Below the pieces are notes generated by a model. That model saw nothing but the letters and a program-made list of their open reading frames with translations. It made no database searches and had not been told where the DNA came from. Shown here piece after piece: positions 52,269 through 61,424 of a DNA stretch of 64,000 nucleotides. Position numbers and translations under genes: made by a program. Each line of letters begins with the position of its first letter. Position 1 is the stretch's first letter. The stretch spans positions 160,001-224,000 of the forward strand of contig JBNKUM010000094.1 in the NCBI GenBank assembly GCA_050298595.1. The letters are read 5' to 3'. This DNA is from Gammaproteobacteria bacterium (GTDB lineage: Bacteria; Pseudomonadota; Gammaproteobacteria; GCA-001735895).

Positions 52269-52967
52269 ATGAAAACTACTGTTTCTATATTAGCAGGTCT
52301 AATGTTCACCATTTTTTGTAGCATATCATTTGCGGAAGAAGTGTCATCCATAGCCAGGGGAGGAAGACTTTACGACAAGTGGTTTAAGGTGATCGGTGCA
52401 CAAAAACCCAAAGATACTCATCCGGCCTGGCCTGCATCCAACACTAAGAAGAAAGGCGACGCCACACATCGTTGTAAAGCGTGCCATGGCTGGGATCTCA
52501 TGGGTAAAGATGGCGCCTATGCATCGGGATCCTATAAAACTGGAATTAAAGGCTTAACTGATATGAAAGGAGCAGCCAACGACAGGGTCATTGCTGCTAT
52601 GAAAGATGCGACACATGGATTTGCCGGGAAGATGCAGGCACAGGATTTCACCGATCTGGCTAATTTTGTAACCAAAGGGCAAATCGATATAGATGCGGCT
52701 ATTGACCGAAAATCGAAAATGGCACGCGGTGATAATGCGCAGGGCGAGAAATATTTTAATACAATATGCGCCAACTGCCATGGAAAATCCGGCCTGCGGC
52801 CTAAAGAGATGAAACCTCTTGGTATGTTATCTAATGATAATCCCTGGGAAATCCTGCAAAAGATTCAAAACGGTCAACCTGATGAAAATATGCCCGCAAT
52901 GAGAGCATTTGAGTTACAGGTTTCTGTAGACATACTTGCCTACCTGCAAACGCTGCCTAAACGGTAA
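52269..52967 (+). CDS. Periplasmic diheme cytochrome c
   Basis: Signal peptide; CKACH and CANCH. Confidence 0.88.
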   Translation: MKTTVSILAGLMFTIFCSISFAEEVSSIARGGRLYDKWFKVIGAQKPKDTHPAWPASNTKKKGDATHRCKACHGWDLMGKDGAYASGSYKTGIKGLTDMKGAANDRVIAAMKDATHGFAGKMQAQDFTDLANFVTKGQIDIDAAIDRKSKMARGDNAQGEKYFNTICANCHGKSGLRPKEMKPLGMLSNDNPWEILQKIQNGQPDENMPAMRAFELQVSVDILAYLQTLPKR

Positions 52968-53070
52968 TCCGAATTAAGAGTTTGATAGGCAGCTGCGCCA
53001 GCCTTCGTTAATTCAGCAGCCTACAAATAAGATACTGACCGTCCCTGTTTATACAGGGGCCGGTTTCAGG

Positions 53071-53637
53071 ATGGCTAAATATATGTTTTCAAAAAATAAA
53101 AAACGTGCCTTTTATACCTTCATTGCTGGAACTGTGTTCGGCATTCTTTTCTGGGGTGGATATCACACGGTAATCGAACAGACCAATACACTGGGGTTTT
53201 GTATTTCATGCCATGAGATGGAGCAAACGGTGTATCAGGAATACAAAAAAAGCATCCACTACACAAACGCCTCGGGAGTCAGAGCAATCTGTTCAGATTG
53301 TCATGTACCCAAACAATGGCTGCCAAAAATGGTTCGCAAAATACAGGCAAGTAACGAGCTTTATCACAAGTTACTGGGATCTATAGATACGGTCGAAAAA
53401 TTCGAAGCTAAACGTCTTCAACTTGCCGAACATGTTTGGGCGAGTATGGAGAAAAACGATTCACGCGAATGTCGAAACTGCCACTCTTTTGAGTCGATGA
53501 ATTTCCATGAACAACGTCGACGATCAGCGGAAAAAATGCAGCCGGTGGTTGAGCAGAACACGGGAGAAACCTGTATAGATTGCCATAAAGGTATTGCGCA
53601 TGAATTACCCGAGGGATATGGGGATGACGATGATTGA
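53071..53637 (+). CDS. NapC/NirT family tetraheme cytochrome c
   Basis: TM anchor; CISCH, CSDCH, CRNCH, CIDCH. Confidence 0.93.
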   Translation: MAKYMFSKNKKRAFYTFIAGTVFGILFWGGYHTVIEQTNTLGFCISCHEMEQTVYQEYKKSIHYTNASGVRAICSDCHVPKQWLPKMVRKIQASNELYHKLLGSIDTVEKFEAKRLQLAEHVWASMEKNDSRECRNCHSFESMNFHEQRRRSAEKMQPVVEQNTGETCIDCHKGIAHELPEGYGDDDD

Positions 53638-54064
53638 GGGATATCTAAAAACTGCCCCTTCCAATCAGGTCTGGGTGGCTGTGCTCGCTTAACTCGTTTT
53701 TCTGGCATGGGTAGTAAAGTCATCGAGGAAAGCGCTCTGGGGTCAGGTCTTTGAATTAGGATCAATCTTTTTGAGGGTCTTTGTCGGGGTTAGGTCTTTG
53801 AATTTAAATCAAGGTTTTTTCAGTATTTCTACTCTATCAGGATTCGATCCAGTCCGAAAGGTTTTGGGCTTGGCCTATCATTAAGCTTAATCATCGTAAA
53901 CTCTAATTAATTGTGCCAATTAATTGATAGCAAATAATCAGTTCGTTTATTTTTAGGCGAGTTAAGGGTGGATTGTCATCTAGAGGTTTACTGGTTTACC
54001 AAAAATGGATATTGAATATAAGGGGACGCTACTTTTTTAATAGTCATTCAACTACACTATCTGA

Positions 54065-54745
54065 ATGCCAAGACAAGCCAGAACCGTATTTGCAGGTGTT
54101 CCTCACCACATCACCCAAAGAGGTAATCGTCGAGAGGACATATTCTATGCTGACGAAGATAGAGAAGTTTATCTGGGCTGGTTGCAGGATTATTGTCAGA
54201 TACACAAAGTCGAGATTCTGGCTTATTGCCTGATGACTAACCACATTTACTTATTCGTCCTGCCTAAGAAAGAGGCTGGATTATAATTAGTACTCAAACC
54301 GCTGCATATGCGATATGCACAGCGATTTAATCGTCAACGTGGATGGAAAGGACATGTTTGGCAGGGGCGTTATTTTTCATCAGCACTGGACGAGCATTAT
54401 CTGAGGGCCGCGATTCGCTATGTCGAAAGAAATCATGTCAGGACAAAAATGGTGATAAAAGCAGAAAACTATACCTGGTCAAGTGCAGCCGCGCATTGTA
54501 AAGGGTATACAGACACGGTATTGACTATAAAGGTTTACTGGAAGAAACAATTCGAATCTATTGGCAATTGGTCCGCCTGGTTAGCGGAAGGTGATCCTGT
54601 TGATGATCTATTGATCATTCGACATAATATTGAAAAGGGATTGCCCTGTGGTTCTAATCGATTTATTCAGAAACTGGAAAAACAAATTAGAAGGGTATTA
54701 CAGTATCGACCACTTGGTAAACCAAGAAAGCTGGACGAAGATTGA
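54065..54745 (+). pseudogene. Full-length RAYT transposase with one in-frame stop
   Basis: MPRQARTVFAGVPHHITQRGNRR...AYCLMTNHI; TAA at 54284-54286; frame continues into GHVWQGRY, IRYVERN and YTWSS. Confidence 0.88.
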
Positions 54746-54867
54746 AAAAGGGTAGCGACCCCGTTAAATTTAAAACTTCTATCTGATATGATATTGAGTT
54801 ACTGCTATTTGGTCAGCGGAGCCTTAAGGAGGCAGAGTGCTTAGTCAGGCAAAGCGAAATTGTCATT

Positions 54868-55239
54868 TCAAGCAACAAATTTAACAAAGTCCAGCGAAGA
54901 CAAAATTCCTACCAGTTCCTCGGCCTCTGTTACCACCAGGTGATGCACCTGATGTTCGAGCATCTTTTGAGCGGCTTCTTCAATTGTGGTTTCAGGTGAA
55001 ATGATGATCACTATTGGGCTTGCAATTTCAAACACCCTTGTATAATTTGGGTCCTCGCCTGTGGAGTCAAAACGTGTAACATCTGACTTTGATACGAATC
55101 CAATCAGACTCCCTGAGTTATCGATAACAGGGCCTCCACTGATTTTGTGGGTAACAAAGATTTCCTCTAGATCGCAAACCGAGATGTCACGATGAATTGT
55201 TCTGACTGAGGTCGACATAATGTCACTGACAGTTTTCAT
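54868..55239 (-). CDS. CBS domain protein
   Basis: Tandem CBS pair (VSDIM, ISGGPVID, VHHLVV). Confidence 0.85.
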   Translation of the reverse strand: MKTVSDIMSTSVRTIHRDISVCDLEEIFVTHKISGGPVIDNSGSLIGFVSKSDVTRFDSTGEDPNYTRVFEIASPIVIIISPETTIEEAAQKMLEHQVHHLVVTEAEELVGILSSLDFVKFVA

Positions 55240-55589
55240 TTGAATGTCATTTTGACTTCGATTGGCTGATGCGAATGTAGCAGTGGAAATCATAGAAAAA
55301 TAGTGTTTTTGTCTGCAGTAGATTGTAGCTTATAAATAAAAATTTCGGTAAAGATAAACAGTAAAACAATATAAAATCAAAAGCTCATGACCGTAAAAAA
55401 CTTCATGAGTTTATACCTGGAATTAACGTAAGGTATTCAATTGACATGCTAATTATGATATCGAGCTGTTTCTCAAATATTTCACCTGCAAATTAAATTG
55501 TTACAAAATATTTCAAAACCCTGGAGCCAGGTAAGCTCATGCCAGATAAAATGCAATCAGGAAAAATTCTAATCGTCCAACGTATAATG

Positions 55590-55650
55590 GTGAGGCAGGG
55601 CCCCACCCTACGGCCTATGATTTCGTGTAGGGTTAGGCTCTGCCCCTCCG
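55590..55650. repeat. GTAG-type REP-like inverted pair
   Basis: GGCAGGGCCCCACCCTAC and GTAGGGTTAGGCTCTGCC. Confidence 0.55.
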
Positions 55651-55871
55651 ATTTTCGCTGAATGGACCATTAACATTTCCTTTACAACGATTAAGTAAGT
55701 GCTATTCCTCTCTGGCCTGGTTTTTCAGCTGAGGTACTGCCCTTAAAAATGCACATCGATGGTTAGCCCCGCATAAGGCGGTGGCCTCTGCACAAAAACT
55801 GCACCAAATTTCCGCTGAATTTCCTGCTTTGCACCACGGGATTTGCACGGTCGCTGTTCATACTGTGTCAC

Positions 55872-57392
55872 ATGAATAGACCACTACACATCCCTTCAGT
55901 CTCTTTCTTAATGTTGGCGCTCGGCGTCAGCATCTTAGCCATTGATCCCATTCACTGGTTGGTTAATTCCTGGTTTGAACCCAGTTATGATTCCGATGGG
56001 CTTTGGGTCTTTATGTTGTTCTCCCTGCTGCTGTTGTGGAGCCTGACCTCGCCTCGGAAAGAGGTGCCAGGCCGACATCAGCGCCTGGCTTTGCTGCTGT
56101 TGGCGGCAACCGCCATGCTCCGCCTGGCGGGGCAGGTGTTGGCGGTCAATATTCTCGGCGCCTTAGCCCTGGTGGTGGATGTCTATGCTCTGGGGTTGAT
56201 ACTGGGCTTGCAACAACGACAGCGTCCGCTGTCACCTCTGTGGATGGCGCTGTTGTTCGCTTGTGCCCTACCACTGGAGCGGGTATTGCAGCGTACTCTG
56301 GGGTATGGCCTGCAACAATTATCTACCTGGTCTTCCTGCTCATTGCTGACAGGCCTGGATGCCGGCATTACTTGCCAGGGCACGCGAATACAACTACCAA
56401 CTGAGACCTTGTTGATCGATTTGCCCTGCTCGGGGGCTTCGGCTCTGGTATTACTGACCGTGCTGCTGAGCGCTTTGATGGCTGTGGCGCGTCCTGGTCG
56501 TTGGCAAGGCGTGGCAGCGACCTGGGTTATGTTGTTGGCTGCCTGGATGAGCAATAGCCTGCGTATCCTGATCTTGACGCTGGGTGTGCTGCATCCTGTG
56601 TCAAATGTGGATGTGATGCAGCAGCCCTGGCATGAGTTGATCGGATTGTTTTCCCTGCTGCCTGCCTTCGCTTTACTGGTCTACTATTTTCTGTTGGTGA
56701 CTCGGCCAGGCCGGTGCCAGGTGTGCGACAAGGCCTGGAGACCAGCAGCTCAAAGCCAACCGGTAAAGACCGCTTTGACTTCTGTTTCACCTGCCCTGGG
56801 TGCTGTGGCCTTCTTCTTGTTGGTCCTGGTGATTGTTACCCGCACTCCGCATCCGGTGGACAGCAGCACAGTACTGGATACACCCTATGCCCCGCGTTTT
56901 CTGGCGGGAGAGTATGGCCAGGTCGTGCCCTTACTCGATAAAGAGCGTCACTATTTTGAACGCTTCGGCGGCGCCGCCATCAAGGTGCAATATGCTGAGC
57001 ATGGCTTGCTGATTACCCAGACCCAATCCCCGTTGCGCCATCTGCATGCTCCAGATGAATGCTTGCGCGGACTGGGGTTTTCTGTGGACTACGTCGGCAG
57101 CCATGCCGCCGTGTTGCCTACTGCCGTCTACCGGGCGCAATCCCCTGATGGTCGCCTCTGGCGTGTTTCCGTCAGCTTTGTATCCAGTAGCGGCAAGACC
57201 GCGACACATGTGGCAGAGGCTGTTTGGTATTGGTTGCGCACACCAGAGACCTGGATGGCGATGCAGCGCATTGTCCCCTGGGATAGCCCAACTCCCGAGG
57301 ATCAGGATTGGGACCAATACTTATTCGCCGCGCTAGATATCCCTTCTGTTGCGATTAATCCGCAGCTTAACCCTCAACCCTTAAGGAATTGA
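55872..57392 (+). CDS. Exosortase (exosortase T-like)
   Basis: Multi-TM protein; catalytic triad in PCSG, NSLRI and PWHELIG; adjacent VIT/vWA target. Confidence 0.82.
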   Translation: MNRPLHIPSVSFLMLALGVSILAIDPIHWLVNSWFEPSYDSDGLWVFMLFSLLLLWSLTSPRKEVPGRHQRLALLLLAATAMLRLAGQVLAVNILGALALVVDVYALGLILGLQQRQRPLSPLWMALLFACALPLERVLQRTLGYGLQQLSTWSSCSLLTGLDAGITCQGTRIQLPTETLLIDLPCSGASALVLLTVLLSALMAVARPGRWQGVAATWVMLLAAWMSNSLRILILTLGVLHPVSNVDVMQQPWHELIGLFSLLPAFALLVYYFLLVTRPGRCQVCDKAWRPAAQSQPVKTALTSVSPALGAVAFFLLVLVIVTRTPHPVDSSTVLDTPYAPRFLAGEYGQVVPLLDKERHYFERFGGAAIKVQYAEHGLLITQTQSPLRHLHAPDECLRGLGFSVDYVGSHAAVLPTAVYRAQSPDGRLWRVSVSFVSSSGKTATHVAEAVWYWLRTPETWMAMQRIVPWDSPTPEDQDWDQYLFAALDIPSVAINPQLNPQPLRN

Positions 57393-57396
57393 TGAC

Positions 57397-59439
57397 ATGA
57401 AAAAAATGCTAATTTTACTGATGATTCTGTGGTGCTTGCCCGTCTGGGCTGAAGATCAGGTTCCCGGCGGTTTTATTGAAGCTGAACATCAGGGAAAGAA
57501 GATCCTGTTTCCATTATTGAAATCCCATTACCAGGTCGATATCCAGGGCGACCTGGCCCAGGTGACCCTGGAGCAGGACTTCCAGAATCCGACCGGTATT
57601 CCACTCAATGCCAGCTACCTTTTTCCCTTGAATAAGGACGCCGCCGTGCATGCCATGCACATGCAGGTAGCGGACGAACTGGTCGAAGCCAGGATTCGCC
57701 GCCGCGAAGAGGCCAGGAAAGCATTTGCCGAAGCTAAGGTGCAGGGTAAATCTGCCAGTTTACTTGAACAGCATCGCCCCAACATGTTTACCCAACAACT
57801 GGCCAATCTCATGCCGGATATTCCCATCCATATTACTTTGCAATATGTACAGCATATTAACCGGGTGGACAGCCACTATGAGCTAGTCTTGCCACTCATT
57901 GTGGGGCCCCGCTACCAACCGGAACAAACACAACAAAAGACCATCAAGCGAGTCGGCATGTGGCAGTTGGAGGCATTACCAGCCTATCCCTCAGTGGCTG
58001 GGCTGAACCTGCCCAAAGAAATTGAACAAGAGCGGGTGAGCATCGAGATTACTTTAGACGGTGGAATGCCTATCTCGGCTGTTTCCAGCCCGACTCACGG
58101 CATAGAGATCAAATCAGTGGATGAACAGCAAAGGCGCATCAGTCTTAGCAACGGTCGCACCATCGATAACCGGGATTTTGAATTGCACTACCGTTTAGCT
58201 GGAGAACGGGTACAGGCTGGTTTGCTGACCCATGAAAATGAGCGTGGCCGCTTCTTTAGCCTGTTACTGGAACCGCCAGCTATACCCCAGAGCGAGGCCA
58301 TCACCCCGCGTGAGATGGTGTTTGTGCTAGACACCTCTGGCTCCATGTCCGGTGACCCGCTTAAGGCCAGCAAAGCTTTCATGCAGCAGGTGTTGCACCA
58401 CTTGCGGCCCAGTGACCATTTTCGCATCATCGACTTCAGCAACAGTCCCAGGGAATTCCATGCCAACCCGTTGCCAGCAACCGCTGAGAATCTGCGTCTC
58501 GGTCAGGCTCATATCCAGGGCTTTAAAGCCGGTGGCGGCACCGAGATCGATAGTGCTATCAAGCAGGCCCTATCAGTACCAGCGATGCAAAACCATCTAC
58601 GCATCGTAGTATTTCTGACCGACGGTTACATCGGTAATGAGCACAGCGTACTACAACGCATCCAGTATTTGCGCGGTAATGCCCGTATCTATGCCCTGGG
58701 TGTCGGTACCGCTGTTAACCGCTACCTGTTGGATGAAATGGTGCGGGCAGGTCAAGGCTTTGTGCGCTATATCGACCCTACCGAGGAAGTGGAAGGTGCC
58801 GCCCAGCGCTTTGCAGAGCGCTTGCGTACGCCGGTGCTGACCGATGTTAGTATCGACTGGGGCGATACCAGGGTCGAGCAGGTCACACCTGCGCAGCTGC
58901 CTGACCTCTTTACCGGCGATTCTCTGCGTCTGCTGGGCAAGATCAAGCAGGTGGGTCAGAAGCCCATCAAAATTCTCGGACGCATCAATGGGCAGCAGGC
59001 TACTTTGCCGCTCAAACTTCAGTTCGATGAGCAAGCAGCAAATCAGGGCCAGGCGATTCCCCTGATCTGGGCCAGAAGCCGGATTGCCGATCATATGCGA
59101 GAAATGACGTTGCCGAATGATCGCCGCTCTTCGGAACTGCCTGATAAGGCATTGAAAGAAAAGGTGACCCAATTGGGGTTGGATTATTCCCTGATGACGC
59201 GTTGGACCGCTTTCATCGCCGTGTCGCAGAAGATCTACAATGAACAGCCCGCTGCGTCTAAGGATGTTTCGGTTCCCCTGCCCATGGTCAAGGGTGTCAG
59301 TCAAAAGGCCTATCCTAAACAAACTCAGCAGTTTCATGGCAGCTCAGCGCCGGAGGCTGAAGAGGGCCTGCTGTTGCTGATGTTGGTCTTGGCTGGGTTG
59401 TACTGGTGGCAGCGTCACCAGTATGGAGAAATGCTTTGA
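57397..59439 (+). CDS. VIT and vWA domain protein with a PEP-CTERM-like sorting signal
   Basis: Signal peptide, YLFPL, DTSGSM MIDAS, LTDG, C-terminal APEAEEGLLLLMLVLAGLYWWQR. Confidence 0.9.
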   Translation: MKKMLILLMILWCLPVWAEDQVPGGFIEAEHQGKKILFPLLKSHYQVDIQGDLAQVTLEQDFQNPTGIPLNASYLFPLNKDAAVHAMHMQVADELVEARIRRREEARKAFAEAKVQGKSASLLEQHRPNMFTQQLANLMPDIPIHITLQYVQHINRVDSHYELVLPLIVGPRYQPEQTQQKTIKRVGMWQLEALPAYPSVAGLNLPKEIEQERVSIEITLDGGMPISAVSSPTHGIEIKSVDEQQRRISLSNGRTIDNRDFELHYRLAGERVQAGLLTHENERGRFFSLLLEPPAIPQSEAITPREMVFVLDTSGSMSGDPLKASKAFMQQVLHHLRPSDHFRIIDFSNSPREFHANPLPATAENLRLGQAHIQGFKAGGGTEIDSAIKQALSVPAMQNHLRIVVFLTDGYIGNEHSVLQRIQYLRGNARIYALGVGTAVNRYLLDEMVRAGQGFVRYIDPTEEVEGAAQRFAERLRTPVLTDVSIDWGDTRVEQVTPAQLPDLFTGDSLRLLGKIKQVGQKPIKILGRINGQQATLPLKLQFDEQAANQGQAIPLIWARSRIADHMREMTLPNDRRSSELPDKALKEKVTQLGLDYSLMTRWTAFIAVSQKIYNEQPAASKDVSVPLPMVKGVSQKAYPKQTQQFHGSSAPEAEEGLLLLMLVLAGLYWWQRHQYGEML

Positions 59440-59567
59440 GGGTTTACTAAACCGGGTCGAGAATAATGTAGGTCAGATACAAATATATAAATATTGCGTG
59501 TACAAGACTCCAGTTATGTAGGTGAAAAATGCATGTTGATGAGGGGCACCCATTAAGGGGCAGGGGG

Positions 59568-60173
59568 TCAGGTTGAACCAGCGGCTATGACCCTGGATAT
59601 CTGCATCATTTTATCCTTTTCTTTTTGATCCAGATTTGAGTAGATCATCAAAATCTCCTGAAGATCATCTGGAAAGTAGGCGCATAGGCCATCTAGCTCC
59701 ACATGCTGTTCATCCATCCAGTTGCGGGATTTTTTTAGCTGCTTTTCGATTTTACGACATAATTTATCCTGAAGTTTCAGGAAGGGATTATCCAGGTGTT
59801 GCTTGAATTCTGAAGGTTTCAGCCCGGTAGTTTTTCTAAGTGCCGTGACTTCTGTTTTATTTAAAGATTTTACCAGTTGGCTCAGGTTCTGATGACGAAT
59901 AGCCTGAAGATCGCGCTCACCAGACCCTATGCTACCTAAACCAAACTGAATCCAGCAGGGATTAATTTTAGTGACTTCGGCTATCTTCAATATGTCCTGA
60001 GAGGCGGGCATAGAGATGCCCTGCTCATAGTTACCCAATCGGCTGACACTCCATTCAGGAGTCGCCTGTATAAATGCTGCGCGCGTCTTAAACCCCGCCA
60101 TTTGCCGGGCCTGTTTAATTCGTGCACCGACCTGTTTTCTAAAATCATCAGTAGTAGTATTTTTTTTGGTCAT
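59568..60173 (-). CDS. XRE family HTH transcriptional regulator
   Basis: GARIKQAR...RLGNYEQG...INPCWIQFG and a second HTH-like region RHQNL...CRKIEK...WMDEQH. Confidence 0.85.
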   Translation of the reverse strand: MTKKNTTTDDFRKQVGARIKQARQMAGFKTRAAFIQATPEWSVSRLGNYEQGISMPASQDILKIAEVTKINPCWIQFGLGSIGSGERDLQAIRHQNLSQLVKSLNKTEVTALRKTTGLKPSEFKQHLDNPFLKLQDKLCRKIEKQLKKSRNWMDEQHVELDGLCAYFPDDLQEILMIYSNLDQKEKDKMMQISRVIAAGST

Positions 60174-60181
60174 AATAAATA

Positions 60182-60238
60182 ACAAGAATCTTGTAATTAG
60201 TGGTTGACAGCTTGTAATGCTTCATTATACTACGCAGC
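60182..60238 (+). promoter_or_regulatory. sigma70 promoter of the tRNA/ncRNA array with candidate operators
   Basis: TTGACA 60204-60209, 16 bp spacer, TATACT 60226-60231; CTTGTAAT at 60190 and 60211; palindrome ACAAGAATCTTGT. Confidence 0.75.
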
Positions 60239-60267
60239 AATTCTTAATTCTGATTAATTTTAAAGGT

Positions 60268-60384
60268 ATGCATCATTTATTCATTTCAACGCAGAAGCAA
60301 CTCAGTATCAGCCCCCAGGCTGTGCCTATGTGTGAGTGGATATGTATATCTTTTGATAATGAGTATAAGACAGTAGATTTTTGA
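60268..60384 (+). CDS. Putative leader peptide 1 (38 aa)
   Basis: MHHLFISTQKQLSISPQAVPMCEWICISFDNEYKTVDF; stops just before attenuator 1; weak RBS. Confidence 0.45.
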   Translation: MHHLFISTQKQLSISPQAVPMCEWICISFDNEYKTVDF

Positions 60385-60393
60385 CTTTCTATT

Positions 60394-60470
60394 TTGGAAG
60401 GTCAATGGCACCTTCCGAGCAAAAATTAAAAACCCGGTTTGTGCTAAACAAGTCCGGGTTTTTTTATGCC
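60394..60470 (+). terminator. Attenuator 1 (alternative hairpins plus terminator)
   Basis: GGAAGGT/ACCTTCC stem; terminator AAAACCCGG...CCGGGTTTTTTT containing GTGC complementary to the upstream GCAC. Confidence 0.7.
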
Positions 60471-60545
60471 GGGAGAAAGGGAAACCAGAGATACTACATA
60501 ATTGACAAGGGGTGCTCTAGTTATTCACAACTAGAGGAATATGAA

Positions 60546-60659
60546 ATGTCTGTAAAAAACAAGACTATAGATAGAGAGCTCTATGGTTGTGTTAAAAGAA
60601 AATATATAGGGCCATGGTCAACATATTGGTTAGTGTTAACAGACCCTGGGTCAAGCTAG
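60546..60659 (+). CDS. Small ORF (37 aa) between the attenuators
   Basis: GAGGA RBS; MSVKNKTIDRELYGCVKRKYIGPWSTYWLVLTDPGSS. Confidence 0.35.
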   Translation: MSVKNKTIDRELYGCVKRKYIGPWSTYWLVLTDPGSS

Positions 60660-60829
60660 ATATGACACGGCCAGGAAGAAGGGAAAATAAATGTTGCTGT
60701 ATTGCAGTAACGAAGGGGAAGGATCCAGATGGTCTGGTATTCCCTTTGGGTAATCACCGACCCCATGAATATTACTGGTGAGTGACTGGCGTAATAAGCT
60801 ATTGAATAAATTTAGGAGCAAAGTTTTTA

Positions 60830-61006
60830 GTGAACATGTTATCGATAAATAGAGCTGTCTGGCCGGTGATTTATGTATCGCCAACAGCCCAGTTGCGCCC
60901 TGAGTTTATGGGCAAGCAGCTCTGTATATCCGCTCTGTATATAAGCAATGCGCCCAGGAACCTGGAACAGAATCATTTTGATTCAAAGGGTATTGGTAAA
61001 ACGTAA
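60830..61006 (+). CDS. Putative leader peptide 2
   Basis: AGGAG RBS, GTG or ATG start, MLSINRAVWPVIY...KGIGKT; stops before attenuator 2. Confidence 0.5.
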   Translation: MNMLSINRAVWPVIYVSPTAQLRPEFMGKQLCISALYISNAPRNLEQNHFDSKGIGKT

Positions 61007-61022
61007 TTCTCCATGAAAGTCC

Positions 61023-61110
61023 TTCGGAGGGTTGCAGTAATAACAAGCACCTCCGAGAGTTTAAAAAACCCCGGTTGTGCTTGAGAAGGCACCCGGGGTT
61101 TTTTTATGCC
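61023..61110 (+). terminator. Attenuator 2
   Basis: TCGGAGG/CCTCCGA stem; CAAGCAC/GTGCTTG antiterminator pairing; terminator AAAAACCCCGG...CCGGGGTTTTTTT. Confidence 0.75.
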
Positions 61111-61113
61111 CCC

Positions 61114-61148
61114 ACACCGGCGTTCCCGGTGTTAATGATCTTTGACAA
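61114..61148 (+). promoter_or_regulatory. boxB-boxA-like antitermination signal
   Basis: Hairpin ACACCGG-CGTTC-CCGGTGT followed by TGATCTTTGACAA (rrn boxA is TGCTCTTTAACAA). Confidence 0.6.
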
Positions 61149-61269
61149 TTTGGAATCACGCAATGCCACCGGGAAACCGGTGGCCGGGCGAAACACTGAA
61201 GTAATCAGTCAGTTGTTTTGTCGCGGACATTTGTCTGCGATATGTCGAACCCATCGACCGCCCACAACT

Positions 61270-61344
61270 GCAGATATAGCTCAATGGGTAGAGCGACGGC
61301 TTTCCTGGCCGAGGACCCCAGTTCGATTCCGGGTATCTGCTCCA
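61270..61344 (+). tRNA. tRNA-Gly(TCC), atypical
   Basis: Cloverleaf, loop TTTCCTG, U73, CCA; T-stem mismatch. Confidence 0.8.
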
Positions 61345-61424
61345 GATTCGCCTGCTTGCAGGCAAATGCCTGGCATTCTTGTCCCGAGATGCCGGTGCAG
61401 CGACACATCGGGTTCCCATGATGG

